DNA of 64,000 bases from Candidatus Eiseniibacteriota bacterium (GTDB lineage Bacteria > Eisenbacteria > RBG-16-71-46): contig CAVSAC010000012.1 in the NCBI GenBank assembly GCA_963725865.1, positions 160,001 to 224,000 on the forward strand. The letters run 5' to 3'. Shown piece by piece: positions 1-12,905 of this stretch. Positions within the stretch are counted from its first letter, which is position 1. The number at the start of each line of letters is the position of its first letter. Both the position numbers and the translations under genes were made by a program. The notes beneath the pieces are model-generated. The model saw nothing but the letters and a program-made list of their open reading frames with translations. It did not search any database and was not told where the DNA came from.

Positions 1-1005
1 TACGCCGCCGACGACGCGGGCGGGCTGATGAACCCGCGCTACGCGCAGGTGCGCCCCGACCTGACCAGCGACGAGGCCATCCGCTACCTGCGCCGGCAGG
101 TGCGCGAGCGGCCGGAGAGCCTGCTCTACGCCTACGTGATCGACCAGGACCAGCGCCTGCTCGGCGTGGCGTCGTTCCGCGAGCTGCTGGGGGCGCCGAC
201 CGACGCGCAGGTGCAGCAGATCATGCGCACCAAGCTGGTCACCGTGCCCGAGTCGATGGACCAGGAGGAGGTCAGCCGCGTGTTCGCCCGCCACCGGCTG
301 GTGGCGATCCCGGTGGTGGACGACGCCGGGCGCATGCGGGGCGTGGTCACCGCGGACGACATCGTCGACGTCGTGCGCGAGGAGGCCACCGAGGACATCC
401 AGAAGATCGGCGGCAGCGAGGCACTCGGCGCCCCGTATCTCGAGGTGCGGCTGCCGGCGATGATCCGCAAGCGCGCCGGCTGGCTGTCGGCGCTGTTCAT
501 CGGCGAGCTGCTCACCGCCACCGCGATGGGCTACTTCGAGGCCGAGATCGCGCGCGCGGTGGTGCTCGCGCTGTTCGTGCCGCTGGTGATCAGCAGCGGC
601 GGCAACTCCGGCGGCCAGGCGACCACGCTCATCATCCGCGCGATGGCGCTCGGTGAGGTGCGGCTGCGCGACTGGTGGCGGGTGGTGCGGCGCGAGTTCC
701 TCTCGGGGCTCGGGCTCGGCGCGATCCTCGGCGGGCTCGGCGCGCTGCGGATCTGGATCTGGCAGCGCCTGTTCCACACCTACGGCGACCACGCGCTGGT
801 GATCGGCATGACGGTCGGCTTCAGCCTGGTCGGCGTGGTGCTGTGGGGCACGCTGGCGGGCTCGATGCTGCCGTTCCTGCTGCGCCGGCTCGGCGCCGAC
901 CCGGCGAGCGCCTCGGCGCCGTTCGTCGCGACGCTGGTCGACGTCACCGGGCTCGTCATCTACTTCACCACCGCGCGCCTGATCATGGCCGGGTCGCTGC
1001 TGTGA
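1..1005 (+). CDS. mgtE: Magnesium transporter MgtE (5' end outside window)
   Basis: Frame is open from base 1 (YAADDAGGLMNPRY). It shows a CBS pair (YVIDQDQRLLGV, IPVVDDAGRMRGVVTADD), EATEDI, the SSGGNSGGQ motif and the DPASASAPFVATLVDVTG membrane motif. Confidence 0.95.
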   Translation, partial: YAADDAGGLMNPRYAQVRPDLTSDEAIRYLRRQVRERPESLLYAYVIDQDQRLLGVASFRELLGAPTDAQVQQIMRTKLVTVPESMDQEEVSRVFARHRLVAIPVVDDAGRMRGVVTADDIVDVVREEATEDIQKIGGSEALGAPYLEVRLPAMIRKRAGWLSALFIGELLTATAMGYFEAEIARAVVLALFVPLVISSGGNSGGQATTLIIRAMALGEVRLRDWWRVVRREFLSGLGLGAILGGLGALRIWIWQRLFHTYGDHALVIGMTVGFSLVGVVLWGTLAGSMLPFLLRRLGADPASASAPFVATLVDVTGLVIYFTTARLIMAGSLL

Positions 1006-1119
1006 GCCGCCGGCGCGCCCGCGCGGCGACCCGCCTGCGCTCCACGCGCCAACGGCGTTAGACTGCCTCTCCGCGGCCGGAGCGCAGGCCGCGGCCCGCA
1101 GCCCACCCGAGGATCGTCC

Positions 1120-3828
1120 ATGCACGACCGCCGCCCGGACCCCGATGCGCTGCTCGAGCGCGTGCGCGCCGAGGACGAGCAGGCGCACCGCGCGCGCCTG
1201 AAGATCTTCCTCGGCGCTTCGGCCGGGGTGGGAAAGACCTACGCGATGCTGGTCGAGGCGCACGAGCGCCGCCGCGCCGGCACCGACGTGGCGATCGGGG
1301 TGGTCGAGACCCACGGCCGTACCGAGACCGGCGCGCTGGTCGAAGGACTCGAGGTGATCCCGCGCCGCACCGGCGAGCACCGCGGTGTGACGCTCACCGA
1401 GTTCGACCTCGACGCCGCGCTCGCGCGCCGGCCGGCGCTGCTGCTGCTCGACGAGCTGGCCCACACCAACGCGCCGGGCTCGCGGCACCGCCGCCGCTGG
1501 CAGGACGTCCAGGAGCTGCTCGACTCCGGCATCGACGTCTACACCACGCTCAACGTGCAGCACGTCGAGACCGTGGTGGACGTGGTCGCCCAGATCACCG
1601 GAATCACCGTGCGCGAGACGGTGCCCGACTCGGTGATCGACCGCGCCGACGAGATCGAGCTCGTCGACCTGCCGCCCGACGACCTGCTCCAGCGCCTGCG
1701 CGAGGGCAAGGTCTACCTCCCGGCCCAGGCCGAGCGGGCGACCGAGCACTTCTTCCGCAAGGGCAACCTGATCGCCCTGCGCGAACTCGCGCTGCGGGTC
1801 ACCGCGCAGCGGGTCGACGCGCAGATGGAGTCCTATCGCCGCGCCGAGGGGATCGGCCGCCCGTGGGCCGTGCACGAGCGCCTGCTGGTGTGCGTCGGCG
1901 ATCCCGACAGCGGCCTGCGGCTGGTGCGCGCCGCGCGCCGGATCGCCGCGGCGCTGAAGTCGGAGTGGATCGTCGTGCACGTCGAGACCCCCGCCGCGCT
2001 GCGCGCGGGGCCGGCGCTGCGCGACCGCATCGTCGACGTGCTCGGCTTCGCCGAGGACCTGGGGGCCGAGACCACGATCCTCTCCGGCCTGCGCGTGGGT
2101 GACGAGCTGCTGGCGTTCGCGCGCCAGCGCAACGTCTCGCGCATCGTGGTCGGGCGCAGCCGCCGGCCGCTGTGGATGGAGTGGCTCACCGGCTCGCTCG
2201 GCACCGCGCTGGCGCGGGCCGGCGGCGGATTCGACGTGTTCGTCCTGCGCGGCGAGGAGGGCGAGGCCGCCCCGCCGGCCCTGCCACCGAGCCCGCAGGA
2301 CTGGCGCGGCTACGCCGGCGCGCTGGTCGTGACCGCGCTCAGCGCGCTGGCGGCCGCACTGATGTACGGCGGCTTCGACCTCTCGAACCTCTCGATGGTG
2401 TTCCTGCTCGGCGTGGTGATCACGGCGGTCGCGTTCGGTCGCGGACCCGCGATGCTGACCGCGCTGCTGAGCGTGGCGGTGTTCGACTTCGCGTTCGTGC
2501 CGCCGCGCTTCACGCTCGCGGTGTCCGACACCCAGTACGTGTTCACGTTCGGCGTGATGCTGGTGGTCGCGGTGGTGATCGGCACGCTCACGGCGCAGCT
2601 CCGCGAGCAGCTCACGGCCGCGCGCCAGCGCGAGCGGCGCACGGCGGTGCTGTTCCAGCTCAGCCACGACCTCTCGACCGCGCGCGATCTCGACGAACGG
2701 CTGGCGATGGCGCTGCGGCGGATCGCGGAGGTGTTCGAGCTGCGCGCGGTGGTGTTCCGGCCGCACCAGGCCGAGCGGGTCGAGGTGGCCGCAGGCGACC
2801 TAGCGGCGATCGGCGACGTCGCGCACGAGCGCGGGGTGGCGCAGTGGACGTTCGACCACGACCAGCCGGCCGGCGCCGGCACCCCGACCCTGCCGGCGGC
2901 GCGCGGACTCTACCTGCCGCTGCCGGGGAGCCAGGGCGTGATGGGCGTGCTCGGCGTCGGCCCCGACGTGCCGCGCAGCCTGCTGGCGCCCGACCGCTTC
3001 CGGCTGCTGAAGACCTTCGCGAACCAGATCGCCTCGGCGATCGAGCGCGACGAACTCGCGCGCCAGGCCGAGCGGGCGCGCGTCGACGTCGAGAGCGAGC
3101 GCATGCGCAACGCGCTGCTCAGCTCGGTCTCGCACGACCTGCGCACGCCGCTGACGGTGATCACCGGGGCGGCCACCAGCCTGCGCGGCAACGCGGAGCT
3201 GCCGGGCCGCGACCGGGCCGAGCTGCTCGACACCATCGTCGACGAGGGCCGCCGTCTCGGCCGCCTGGTCGGCGACCTGCTCGACATGACGCGGCTCGAG
3301 TCCGGCGCGGTGCGCGTGCGCAAGGACTGGCACTCGATCGAGGAGCTGGTGGGCGCCGCACTCGCGCGACTCGACGACGCCTACCGCGAACGCGCGGTGG
3401 ACCTGAGCCTGCCGCCGGGGCTGGCGCTGGTGCCGGTCGACGACGTGCTGTTCGAACAGGCGCTGTTCAACCTGCTCGAGAACGCGGTGAAGTACGCGCC
3501 CGCCGATTCGCCGATCGGGCTGGCGGTGACGCTGGAGCCCGGCCGGCTGCGGATCGAGGTCGCCGATCGCGGGCCGGGCCTGGCGCCGGGCGAGGAGGCG
3601 CGCGTGTTCGAGAAGTTCTACCGCGGCGCGCAGGCGAGCGGGCGCCGCGGCGCCGGACTCGGCCTGACGATCTGCCGCGCCATCGCCGAGGCGCACGGCG
3701 GCAGTGTCCACGCGCGCTCGCGTCCGGGTGGCGGCGCGATCTTCACGCTCGAGGTGCCGGTCGAGGGCGAGGCGCCGGGCATCGAGCGCGAGGCGGGCGA
3801 GGACGCGCCGCGCGAGGTGGCCCCATGA
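1120..3828 (+). CDS. kdpD: Sensor histidine kinase KdpD
   Basis: N-terminal KdpD domain (IFLGASAGVGKTYAML, DELAHTNAPGSRH), USP domain, 4 TM helices, GAF, H-box SVSHDLRTPL, N-box NLLENAVKY and G-box GAGLGL. Confidence 0.97.
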   Translation: MHDRRPDPDALLERVRAEDEQAHRARLKIFLGASAGVGKTYAMLVEAHERRRAGTDVAIGVVETHGRTETGALVEGLEVIPRRTGEHRGVTLTEFDLDAALARRPALLLLDELAHTNAPGSRHRRRWQDVQELLDSGIDVYTTLNVQHVETVVDVVAQITGITVRETVPDSVIDRADEIELVDLPPDDLLQRLREGKVYLPAQAERATEHFFRKGNLIALRELALRVTAQRVDAQMESYRRAEGIGRPWAVHERLLVCVGDPDSGLRLVRAARRIAAALKSEWIVVHVETPAALRAGPALRDRIVDVLGFAEDLGAETTILSGLRVGDELLAFARQRNVSRIVVGRSRRPLWMEWLTGSLGTALARAGGGFDVFVLRGEEGEAAPPALPPSPQDWRGYAGALVVTALSALAAALMYGGFDLSNLSMVFLLGVVITAVAFGRGPAMLTALLSVAVFDFAFVPPRFTLAVSDTQYVFTFGVMLVVAVVIGTLTAQLREQLTAARQRERRTAVLFQLSHDLSTARDLDERLAMALRRIAEVFELRAVVFRPHQAERVEVAAGDLAAIGDVAHERGVAQWTFDHDQPAGAGTPTLPAARGLYLPLPGSQGVMGVLGVGPDVPRSLLAPDRFRLLKTFANQIASAIERDELARQAERARVDVESERMRNALLSSVSHDLRTPLTVITGAATSLRGNAELPGRDRAELLDTIVDEGRRLGRLVGDLLDMTRLESGAVRVRKDWHSIEELVGAALARLDDAYRERAVDLSLPPGLALVPVDDVLFEQALFNLLENAVKYAPADSPIGLAVTLEPGRLRIEVADRGPGLAPGEEARVFEKFYRGAQASGRRGAGLGLTICRAIAEAHGGSVHARSRPGGGAIFTLEVPVEGEAPGIEREAGEDAPREVAP

Positions 3829-4547
3829 CCGATCCCGCCGCCCCCGCGACTCCCGCGCCGCCCACCACCGTGCTGGTGATCGAGGACGAGGCGCCCATCC
3901 GCCGCGTGCTGCGCGCCGCACTCGCCAGCCAGGGCTTCACGCTGGTCGAGTCCGCCACCGGCGCCGACGGCATCGCGCAGGCGGCGATGCGCCAGCCGGA
4001 CCTGATCGTGCTCGACCTCGGGCTGCCGGACGTCGACGGCATCGAGGTCACGCGCCGCGTGCGCGAGTGGTCGGCGGTGCCGATCCTGGTGCTGTCGGCA
4101 CGCGGCCAGGAGGGCGACAAGATCAAGGCACTCGACGCGGGCGCCGACGACTACGTGACCAAGCCGTTCTCGATGGGCGAGCTGCTCGCGCGCATGCGCG
4201 TCGCCCTGCGCCATCGTGCCCGCGCGCAGGCCGGCGGCGAGGTCAGCGTGGTCGAGGCCGGCGACCTGCGCATCGACCACGCGCGCCGGCAGGTCTCGGT
4301 GGCCGGCGCCGACGTGAAGCTGACGCCGATCGAGTACCGGCTGCTGGCGGCGCTCGCGCGCTTTCCCGGCCGCGTGCTCACCCACGAGCACCTGCTGCGC
4401 GAGGTGTGGGGGCCGACGTTCACCTCGCAGCACCACTACCTGCGGGTGTACATGGCGCAGCTGCGACACAAGCTGGAGCGCGACCCGTCGCGCCCGCGGC
4501 GGCTGCTCACCGAGCCCGGCGTCGGCTATCGATTGGCGGAGGAGTAG
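3825..4547 (+). CDS. kdpE: Response regulator KdpE
   Basis: ATGA overlap with the kdpD stop. Receiver domain (VLVIEDE, DLGLPD, GADDYVTKPF) and OmpR wHTH with HYLRVYMAQLRHKLE and TEPGVGYR. Confidence 0.95.
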   Translation: MTDPAAPATPAPPTTVLVIEDEAPIRRVLRAALASQGFTLVESATGADGIAQAAMRQPDLIVLDLGLPDVDGIEVTRRVREWSAVPILVLSARGQEGDKIKALDAGADDYVTKPFSMGELLARMRVALRHRARAQAGGEVSVVEAGDLRIDHARRQVSVAGADVKLTPIEYRLLAALARFPGRVLTHEHLLREVWGPTFTSQHHYLRVYMAQLRHKLERDPSRPRRLLTEPGVGYRLAEE

Positions 4548-4629
4548 GCGCGCGGGCGGGCGGGAGGCGCCCGGCGCGGCGTCGCGGTAGGATGCGCGCC
4601 GACCCGTCTCACCGCTTCCGGAGGAAACC

Positions 4630-5211
4630 ATGAAGGGATTCGCGATCGCCACGCTGGCGGTGCTCGCGCTGGGCGCCGCTCCCACCCCGAGTGACACGCC
4701 CGAGGTCGCGCAGGCGCGCGCGACCGCGCAATACGTGCTGGTGGCCACCCACGCGCGGCTCGCGGGGGCGATGGCCGACCAGGGGCCGCTGGGCGCCCTG
4801 CAGGCGTGCGGCGCGGTGACGCAGGAGGAAGCGCGCAAGCACGAGCAGGCCGGCTGGCGCGTGCGGCGCGTGAGCCTGCGCTGGCGCAACCCGGCCGACG
4901 CCCCGGACGCCTACGAGGCGCAGGTGCTCAAGGCGTTCGAGCGCATGCGGCGCCAGGGCACGCTGCGGCCCGAGACCGAGCACGTCGGGGTCGCGCTGCT
5001 CGACGGGAAGCCGGTGGTGCGCTACCTGAAGCCGATCACGATCCTGGGTGCCCAGTGCCTGCAATGCCACGGCTCGCGCACCTCGATCCCGGCCGACGTG
5101 CAGGCGGCGCTCCGCACCGCGTACCCGAAGGACGGCGCGACCGGCTACCGCGTCGGCGACCTGCGCGGCGCGGTCAGCGTGGCGGTGCCGATCGAGCATC
5201 CGCAGGAATAG
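4630..5211 (+). CDS. Exported DUF3365/Tll0287-like monoheme c-type cytochrome
   Basis: GGAGG RBS, signal peptide, RNPADAPD motif, single CLQCH heme motif and a GYRVGDLRGAVSV tail typical of the family. Confidence 0.85.
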   Translation: MKGFAIATLAVLALGAAPTPSDTPEVAQARATAQYVLVATHARLAGAMADQGPLGALQACGAVTQEEARKHEQAGWRVRRVSLRWRNPADAPDAYEAQVLKAFERMRRQGTLRPETEHVGVALLDGKPVVRYLKPITILGAQCLQCHGSRTSIPADVQAALRTAYPKDGATGYRVGDLRGAVSVAVPIEHPQE

Positions 5212-5280
5212 CGGCACGCGAAAGCGGGCGCCGCATCCTCGCGACGCCCGCTTGCGTGGTTCGTCCGGTGCGTGCCGGGC

Positions 5281-5478
5281 TCAGGAGTTCTTCAGCCCCG
5301 CGCGCTTGAGGATGGCCATCATCGGGCACGACTTCGTGAACGCGCTCTGGAGCAGGTTCGCTCCCACGAACGCGGTGAAAGCGAAGAACCACGGGTTGAC
5401 CCAGTAGCCCAGGGCCACCGAGATCAGGACGAAAGCGCCTGCGACTCCGCGCAGCGCGTCGTTCACGGTCATGTCCAC
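5281..5478 (-). CDS. DUF2892 (YgaP-like) small membrane protein
   Basis: Two TM helices and the FVGANLLQSAFTKSCPM motif with conserved Cys-Pro; AGGAG RBS. The start could be 5472. Confidence 0.85.
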   Translation of the reverse strand: MDMTVNDALRGVAGAFVLISVALGYWVNPWFFAFTAFVGANLLQSAFTKSCPMMAILKRAGLKNS

Positions 5479-5502
5479 TCCTCCTGCCCCAGCGGCGTGC
5501 GC

Positions 5503-5786
5503 TCAGGCCGATCGTTCGACCGGCAGCAGGAACAGCCGCGATATGAGGTCACCGTGCGCGTCGCGTCGCTTCGTCATCTCCTCGAAGATCCGCTCCGCGC
5601 TGGCGTCCTCGTCGATCACCATCACCATGGCCAGCGCACCCGGGTGGATGCGGTCGGCCTTGTGGATACCGGTCCGGCCGCGGCCCTCCGCCACCGGGAT
5701 CACCGTGTAGCCCGGCGCCCCCACAGTCGCGAGGTCCTTGCGCACCGAGTCGATGCGCGTCGCGTCCGCCATCATCATCAACATCT

Positions 5787-5790
<4 letters not shown>
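5503..5790 (-). CDS. P-II-like (GlnB-fold) transporter-associated protein
   Basis: 95 aa with a GYTVIPVAEGRGRTG T-loop-like motif and an RLFLLPVE C-terminal strand; ATGA overlap with the RND stop. Confidence 0.75.
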
Positions 5791-9040
<3,250 letters not shown>

Positions 9041-9044
<4 letters not shown>

Positions 9045-10126
9045 GAGGCCACCTTCACCGGGCGGCCATCCGCGAGCCCGGTGGGCTCGAGGATCACCGC
9101 TTCGCGCCCGTCGAGGCCGGCCAGCACCTCGATCGCGCCCGCGCTCTCGCGACCGACGCGCAGCCACCGCAGGCGCGCCACGCCGTCCTCGACGACGTAC
9201 ACGCCGGTGAGACCGCCGCGCCGCACGAGGGCGCGGGAGGGGACGGTGAGGGGGCGAGGTGTGGAATCGGAGCCCCTCCCGGCCGCGTGCGGAAGGGCGG
9301 CCAGCCGCACGCGGGCGAACGCGCCGGCCTCCAGCGCAATGCGGGCGCCGGGGCGGAAGCGCGCGATCCGGCTGCGGGTCGCGAAGTCGGTCATGCCGTC
9401 GACCCGCGAGAGCGTCGCGGGTTGCCACGCGCCGTCGCCCACCTGCACCTCGGCGCGCGGGTTCGCGAGACGGCCCAGCTCGGACTCCGGCACCGCGGCG
9501 GCGATCTCGCCGACGCCGAGCGAGCGCAGGTCGAGCACCGGCTGGCCGGGACCCACGGTGGTGCCCACGTCGGCGTGGCGGCGCACGATCACGCCGTCGA
9601 ACGGCGCCTCGAGCGTCACTCCGCTCTGCATCTGGTCGACCTGCGCGCGCGCCTGCGCCCAACCCGCCTCGGCGGCGCGGCGCTCGGCCTGCGCACCCTC
9701 CAGCTCGCGCAGCGCGGCGACCCGCGCGGCATACAGCGAGTCCATGCGCTGTTCCTGCCGGCGCGCGAGGTCGCGGGCGACGGTGGCGGCGGCGAGCCCC
9801 GCGCGCGCGCCCTCGAGCGCCGCGCGCGTCTCGGGCGCGTCGAACGTGGCGAGCGTCTGCCCGCTGCGGAAGTGATCGCCCTCGCGCAGCGGCAGCGCGG
9901 TCAGGCGCGCCGCCAGGCGTGCGGTCAGCGTGATCTCCTCGCGCGCGGTCACCCGCGCCGGCAGCACCAGGGTCTCGCCCGCGCCGGCGCTGGCACGCAT
10001 CACGGTGACGGTGACGGCCGGGCCGGTGGCGGGCGCGGCGGACTCGCGGCCCGAGTGGCCGCAGCCGGCGGCGAGCCCGGCGAGCAGCGCGATCGCCGCG
10101 GCGCGGGGGAATGGATTCGTCGTCAT
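9041..10126 (-). CDS. RND periplasmic adaptor (membrane fusion lipoprotein)
   Basis: Lipobox LAAGC, lipoyl halves (EGDHFRSGQTL, LEAPFDGVI), coiled hairpin and IEVLAGL...G..V C-terminus. Confidence 0.92.
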
Positions 10127-11476
10127 CGCAGGTCTCCCTGGGCGTGGAGGAGTCGGTAGTGCGCGAGCACCACCGCGGTCGAGGCTTCGATCTCCGCGGC
10201 GCGGGCACCCGCGGCCTCGGCATCGGCGGCGAGCAGTTCGGTGAGCGGGAGGAGGCCGGCGCGGTAGCGCAGTCCGGCGAGCCGCAGCGCCTCTTCGGCG
10301 GCGGCACGCCCGGCGCGCGCGGCGTCGCGGCTCTCGCGCGTGACCGCGTCCTCGGCGCGCGCGGCGGCGAGCCCCACGGCGAGGTCGCGCTCGAGCGCCT
10401 GCGCTTGCGCGCGTGGCCGCGGTGGCGCGGGCGCGGGCCGCGCGCCACTCGTTGACGCGCTGGGCGCCGTCGAAGATCGGCAGCTCGGCCGCCAGCGCCA
10501 CCATCCAGCGGCGCTCGAACGTGCCGGTGTCCCACGGGCGGTACTGCGTGAGCGCGAAGCGCGAGTTGAGCGAGGGCAGCAGCCGCAGCGCCGCGGTGCG
10601 CGACTCGGTGGCGAGCGCCGCGGCGCCCTCGCGCGCGGCCGCCAGCTCGCCGCGCGCGGTCGTGGCGCGGTCCGGCGCCGCGTCGAGCGCCTCGGGCGCC
10701 ACCAGCTCGTCGGGTGTGATCGACTCCTGCACCAGCCGCCCGACCCGATCGATCGCGACCGCGAGTCCGCGCCGCGCGCCGAGGGATCGCACCCGCGCCT
10801 GCTGCTGGCGCGCCGCGGCCCGCAGGGTGTCGAGCTCCGAGACCTGGCCCATGCGGAAGCGCTCGCTGGCGGCCGCGCGCATCGCGTCGGCGGCGCCGAG
10901 CGCGAGCTCGGCGGACCGCAGCTCCTCGCGCGCGCGCACCGCGCCCACGAACGCCTCCACCGCGCCCAGCAGCCGGTCCGCGACCGCCGCCTGCTCCATG
11001 CCGGTCGCGGCGCGCCGGTAGCGGCCGGCGAGCCCGGGCACCGTCAGCTCGCGGCCGCCGTTCCACAGCGGCTGGTCCACCGCGAGCCCCCACTGCAGCG
11101 CGCTCTGGGGCGCGGGCTGGTTGAGGCGGTCGACCGCGAAGTCGGCGGGCGTGAAGCGGCCCTGCCAGAGCTTCTGGGAGAACAGCAGCGCGGGGTCGTC
11201 GCTGCGGGTGAACCCGCTCGAGACCGAGACGTGGGGCGCCAGCATCGCCCAGGTCTGGGCGGCCTGCGCGCGCCCGGCGTCCCCGGTGGCCTGCGCCGCC
11301 CGCACGCCGGGGTCGCGCTCGCGCACCACCGCCAGCGTGTGTTCGAGGGTCCATTCCGCGGCCCGTGCGGCGGCCGGCGGGGTGCAGAGCACCGCCGCGG
11401 CCAGGGCGGCGGCCTGTGCTAGAGTGGCTGCCGCACGCGCGGCGGGCGGGTGGCGCCTCTGGGGTCGTAGGGTCAT
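10123..11476 (-). CDS. TolC-family outer membrane efflux protein, with one frameshift near 10415
   Basis: Motifs QPLWNGG, RFRMGQVSELDTLRA and LPIFDG lie in one frame. The C-terminus (ALRLAGLRYRAGLLPLTELL) lies in another. Removing one base near 10415 restores ...ARAQAQALERDL... Confidence 0.85.
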
Positions 11477-11485
11477 GTCGCCGGG

Positions 11486-11514
11486 TAGGAAGCCGGTCCG
11501 GTCGGAAAGGATTC
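11486..11514 (-). promoter_or_regulatory. Candidate ECF-type promoter for the tolC operon (GAATCC-N17-TTCCTA)
   Basis: Lies in the 49-bp gap between the divergent starts; -35-like GAATCC with 17-bp spacing. The assignment is inference only. Confidence 0.3.
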
Positions 11515-11525
11515 GACGTCCGAGC

Positions 11526-12467
11526 ATGGAGCGGATCGAACAGGTCAGGCGCCTCGCGCAGCGGGCACCGCGGCGGGAGGGTGGCTCGACGCGCGCCGAG
11601 GAGCGCGCGCTGGTGCGGGCCGCGCGCTCCGGCGACTCGCGTGCGATGACCCGGCTTCTGCGGCTGGTGGCCGACCCCGCGCTGCGCTTCGGCCGCGGGT
11701 TCTGCCGTGACGACCACGACGCGCAGGACGTCATGCAGGACGTCCTCACCTCGCTGGTGCGCAGCCTCGCGAAGTTCCGCGGCGAGTCGGCACTCACCAC
11801 CTGGGCTTACACCGTCGCCCGCCATGCCTGCCTCCGCCGGCGCCGGCGCCGTGCCGGGGCGCCCGAGACGCTGGCGTCGCTCGACGACGTCGGCTCCGAC
11901 GGCGCGCGCGGCGCGCGCGCGCTCGCCGATCGCGACGCCGATCCGGCGCGCCGCTTCGAGCGCCGTCAGATGAGCGAGCTGCTCGAGCGCGCGATCGGCT
12001 CGCTGCCCAAGGCGCAGCAGGAGGTGCTGATCCTGCGCGACGTCGAGGGCCTGCGGGCCGGCGAGGTGGGGCGCATCCTCGGACTCTCCGAGCGCGCCGT
12101 GAAGTCGCGCCTGCATCGCGCGCGCATCGCGCTGCGCGAGGCGCTCGCACCGCTGCTGGGACGGACGGCCGAGGGCGGCGCGCGCGCGGAAGCCGCTCGG
12201 CTGGGGCGCGGGCGTTCGTGCCCCGACACCGCGCGGCTGATCAGCCAGTACCTCGAGGGCGAGCTGAGCGGCTCGGTCTGCGCCACGCTCTCGAAGCACG
12301 TCGCCGCCTGCCCGCACTGCGGCGAGGTGTGCGACACGCTGCGCGGCGCGCTGACCGTGTGCCGCGACTACGGCGAGCGGCCGCTGCCCGCCGCGGTGCG
12401 CACCCAGGTGCGGACGGCGATCCGCGACGCGGTGCAGGTGTGGCCCGGCGTGGCGGGCGGCGGGTAG
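11526..12467 (+). CDS. ECF RNA polymerase sigma factor with C-terminal zinc-binding anti-sigma (zf-HC2/ZAS) domain
   Basis: Region 2 (DAQDVMQD, FRGESALTTWAYTVARH) and region 4 (LRDVEGL..EVGRILGLSERAVKSRLHRAR), then C..ISQYLEGEL...HVAACPHC. Confidence 0.9.
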   Translation: MERIEQVRRLAQRAPRREGGSTRAEERALVRAARSGDSRAMTRLLRLVADPALRFGRGFCRDDHDAQDVMQDVLTSLVRSLAKFRGESALTTWAYTVARHACLRRRRRRAGAPETLASLDDVGSDGARGARALADRDADPARRFERRQMSELLERAIGSLPKAQQEVLILRDVEGLRAGEVGRILGLSERAVKSRLHRARIALREALAPLLGRTAEGGARAEAARLGRGRSCPDTARLISQYLEGELSGSVCATLSKHVAACPHCGEVCDTLRGALTVCRDYGERPLPAAVRTQVRTAIRDAVQVWPGVAGGG

Positions 12468-12529
12468 CGCGACACGCGCCCGCTTCATCCGCGGGCGCCG
12501 GCATCGATCGGACGCGACAGGAGGGGAGC

Positions 12530-12898
12530 ATGGACGCAGCGCAGTACCGTGACGCGAGCGGACGCCGGCGCTTCCTCACCATGATCGGGATGGCGGGGCT
12601 CGCCTCCTCGCTCGGGATCGGCCGTGCGCTCGCGCAGGGCGCAGCACCCGTGCCGACTCCACCCACGCCGGCCGCACCCGCGACACCGGCCGCGCCCGCG
12701 ACGCCCGCCGCGCCCGAGATCTCGGAGGACGCCAAGGCGCTCGCGGCGATCGTCGAGCGCCGCTATGGCGCGCACCTCGCCGAGGGCGACCTCAAGGAGA
12801 TCACCGAGGAACTCGAGTTCCGGATCCAGAACGGCAAGCGACTGCGCGGCGCGGCGCTCACCAACGCCGACGAGCCCGACGCCACCTTCCACCCCTGA
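12530..12898 (+). CDS. Small Tat-signal protein, putative amidase accessory (AtzG/GatC-like) subunit
   Basis: GGAGGGGAG RBS, SGRRRFL twin-arginine signal, ALA cleavage site, PAAPAT linker and C-terminal LTNADEPDATFHP; ends 7 bp before the amidase start. Confidence 0.7.
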   Translation: MDAAQYRDASGRRRFLTMIGMAGLASSLGIGRALAQGAAPVPTPPTPAAPATPAAPATPAAPEISEDAKALAAIVERRYGAHLAEGDLKEITEELEFRIQNGKRLRGAALTNADEPDATFHP

Positions 12899-12905
12899 GG
12901 ACGCC

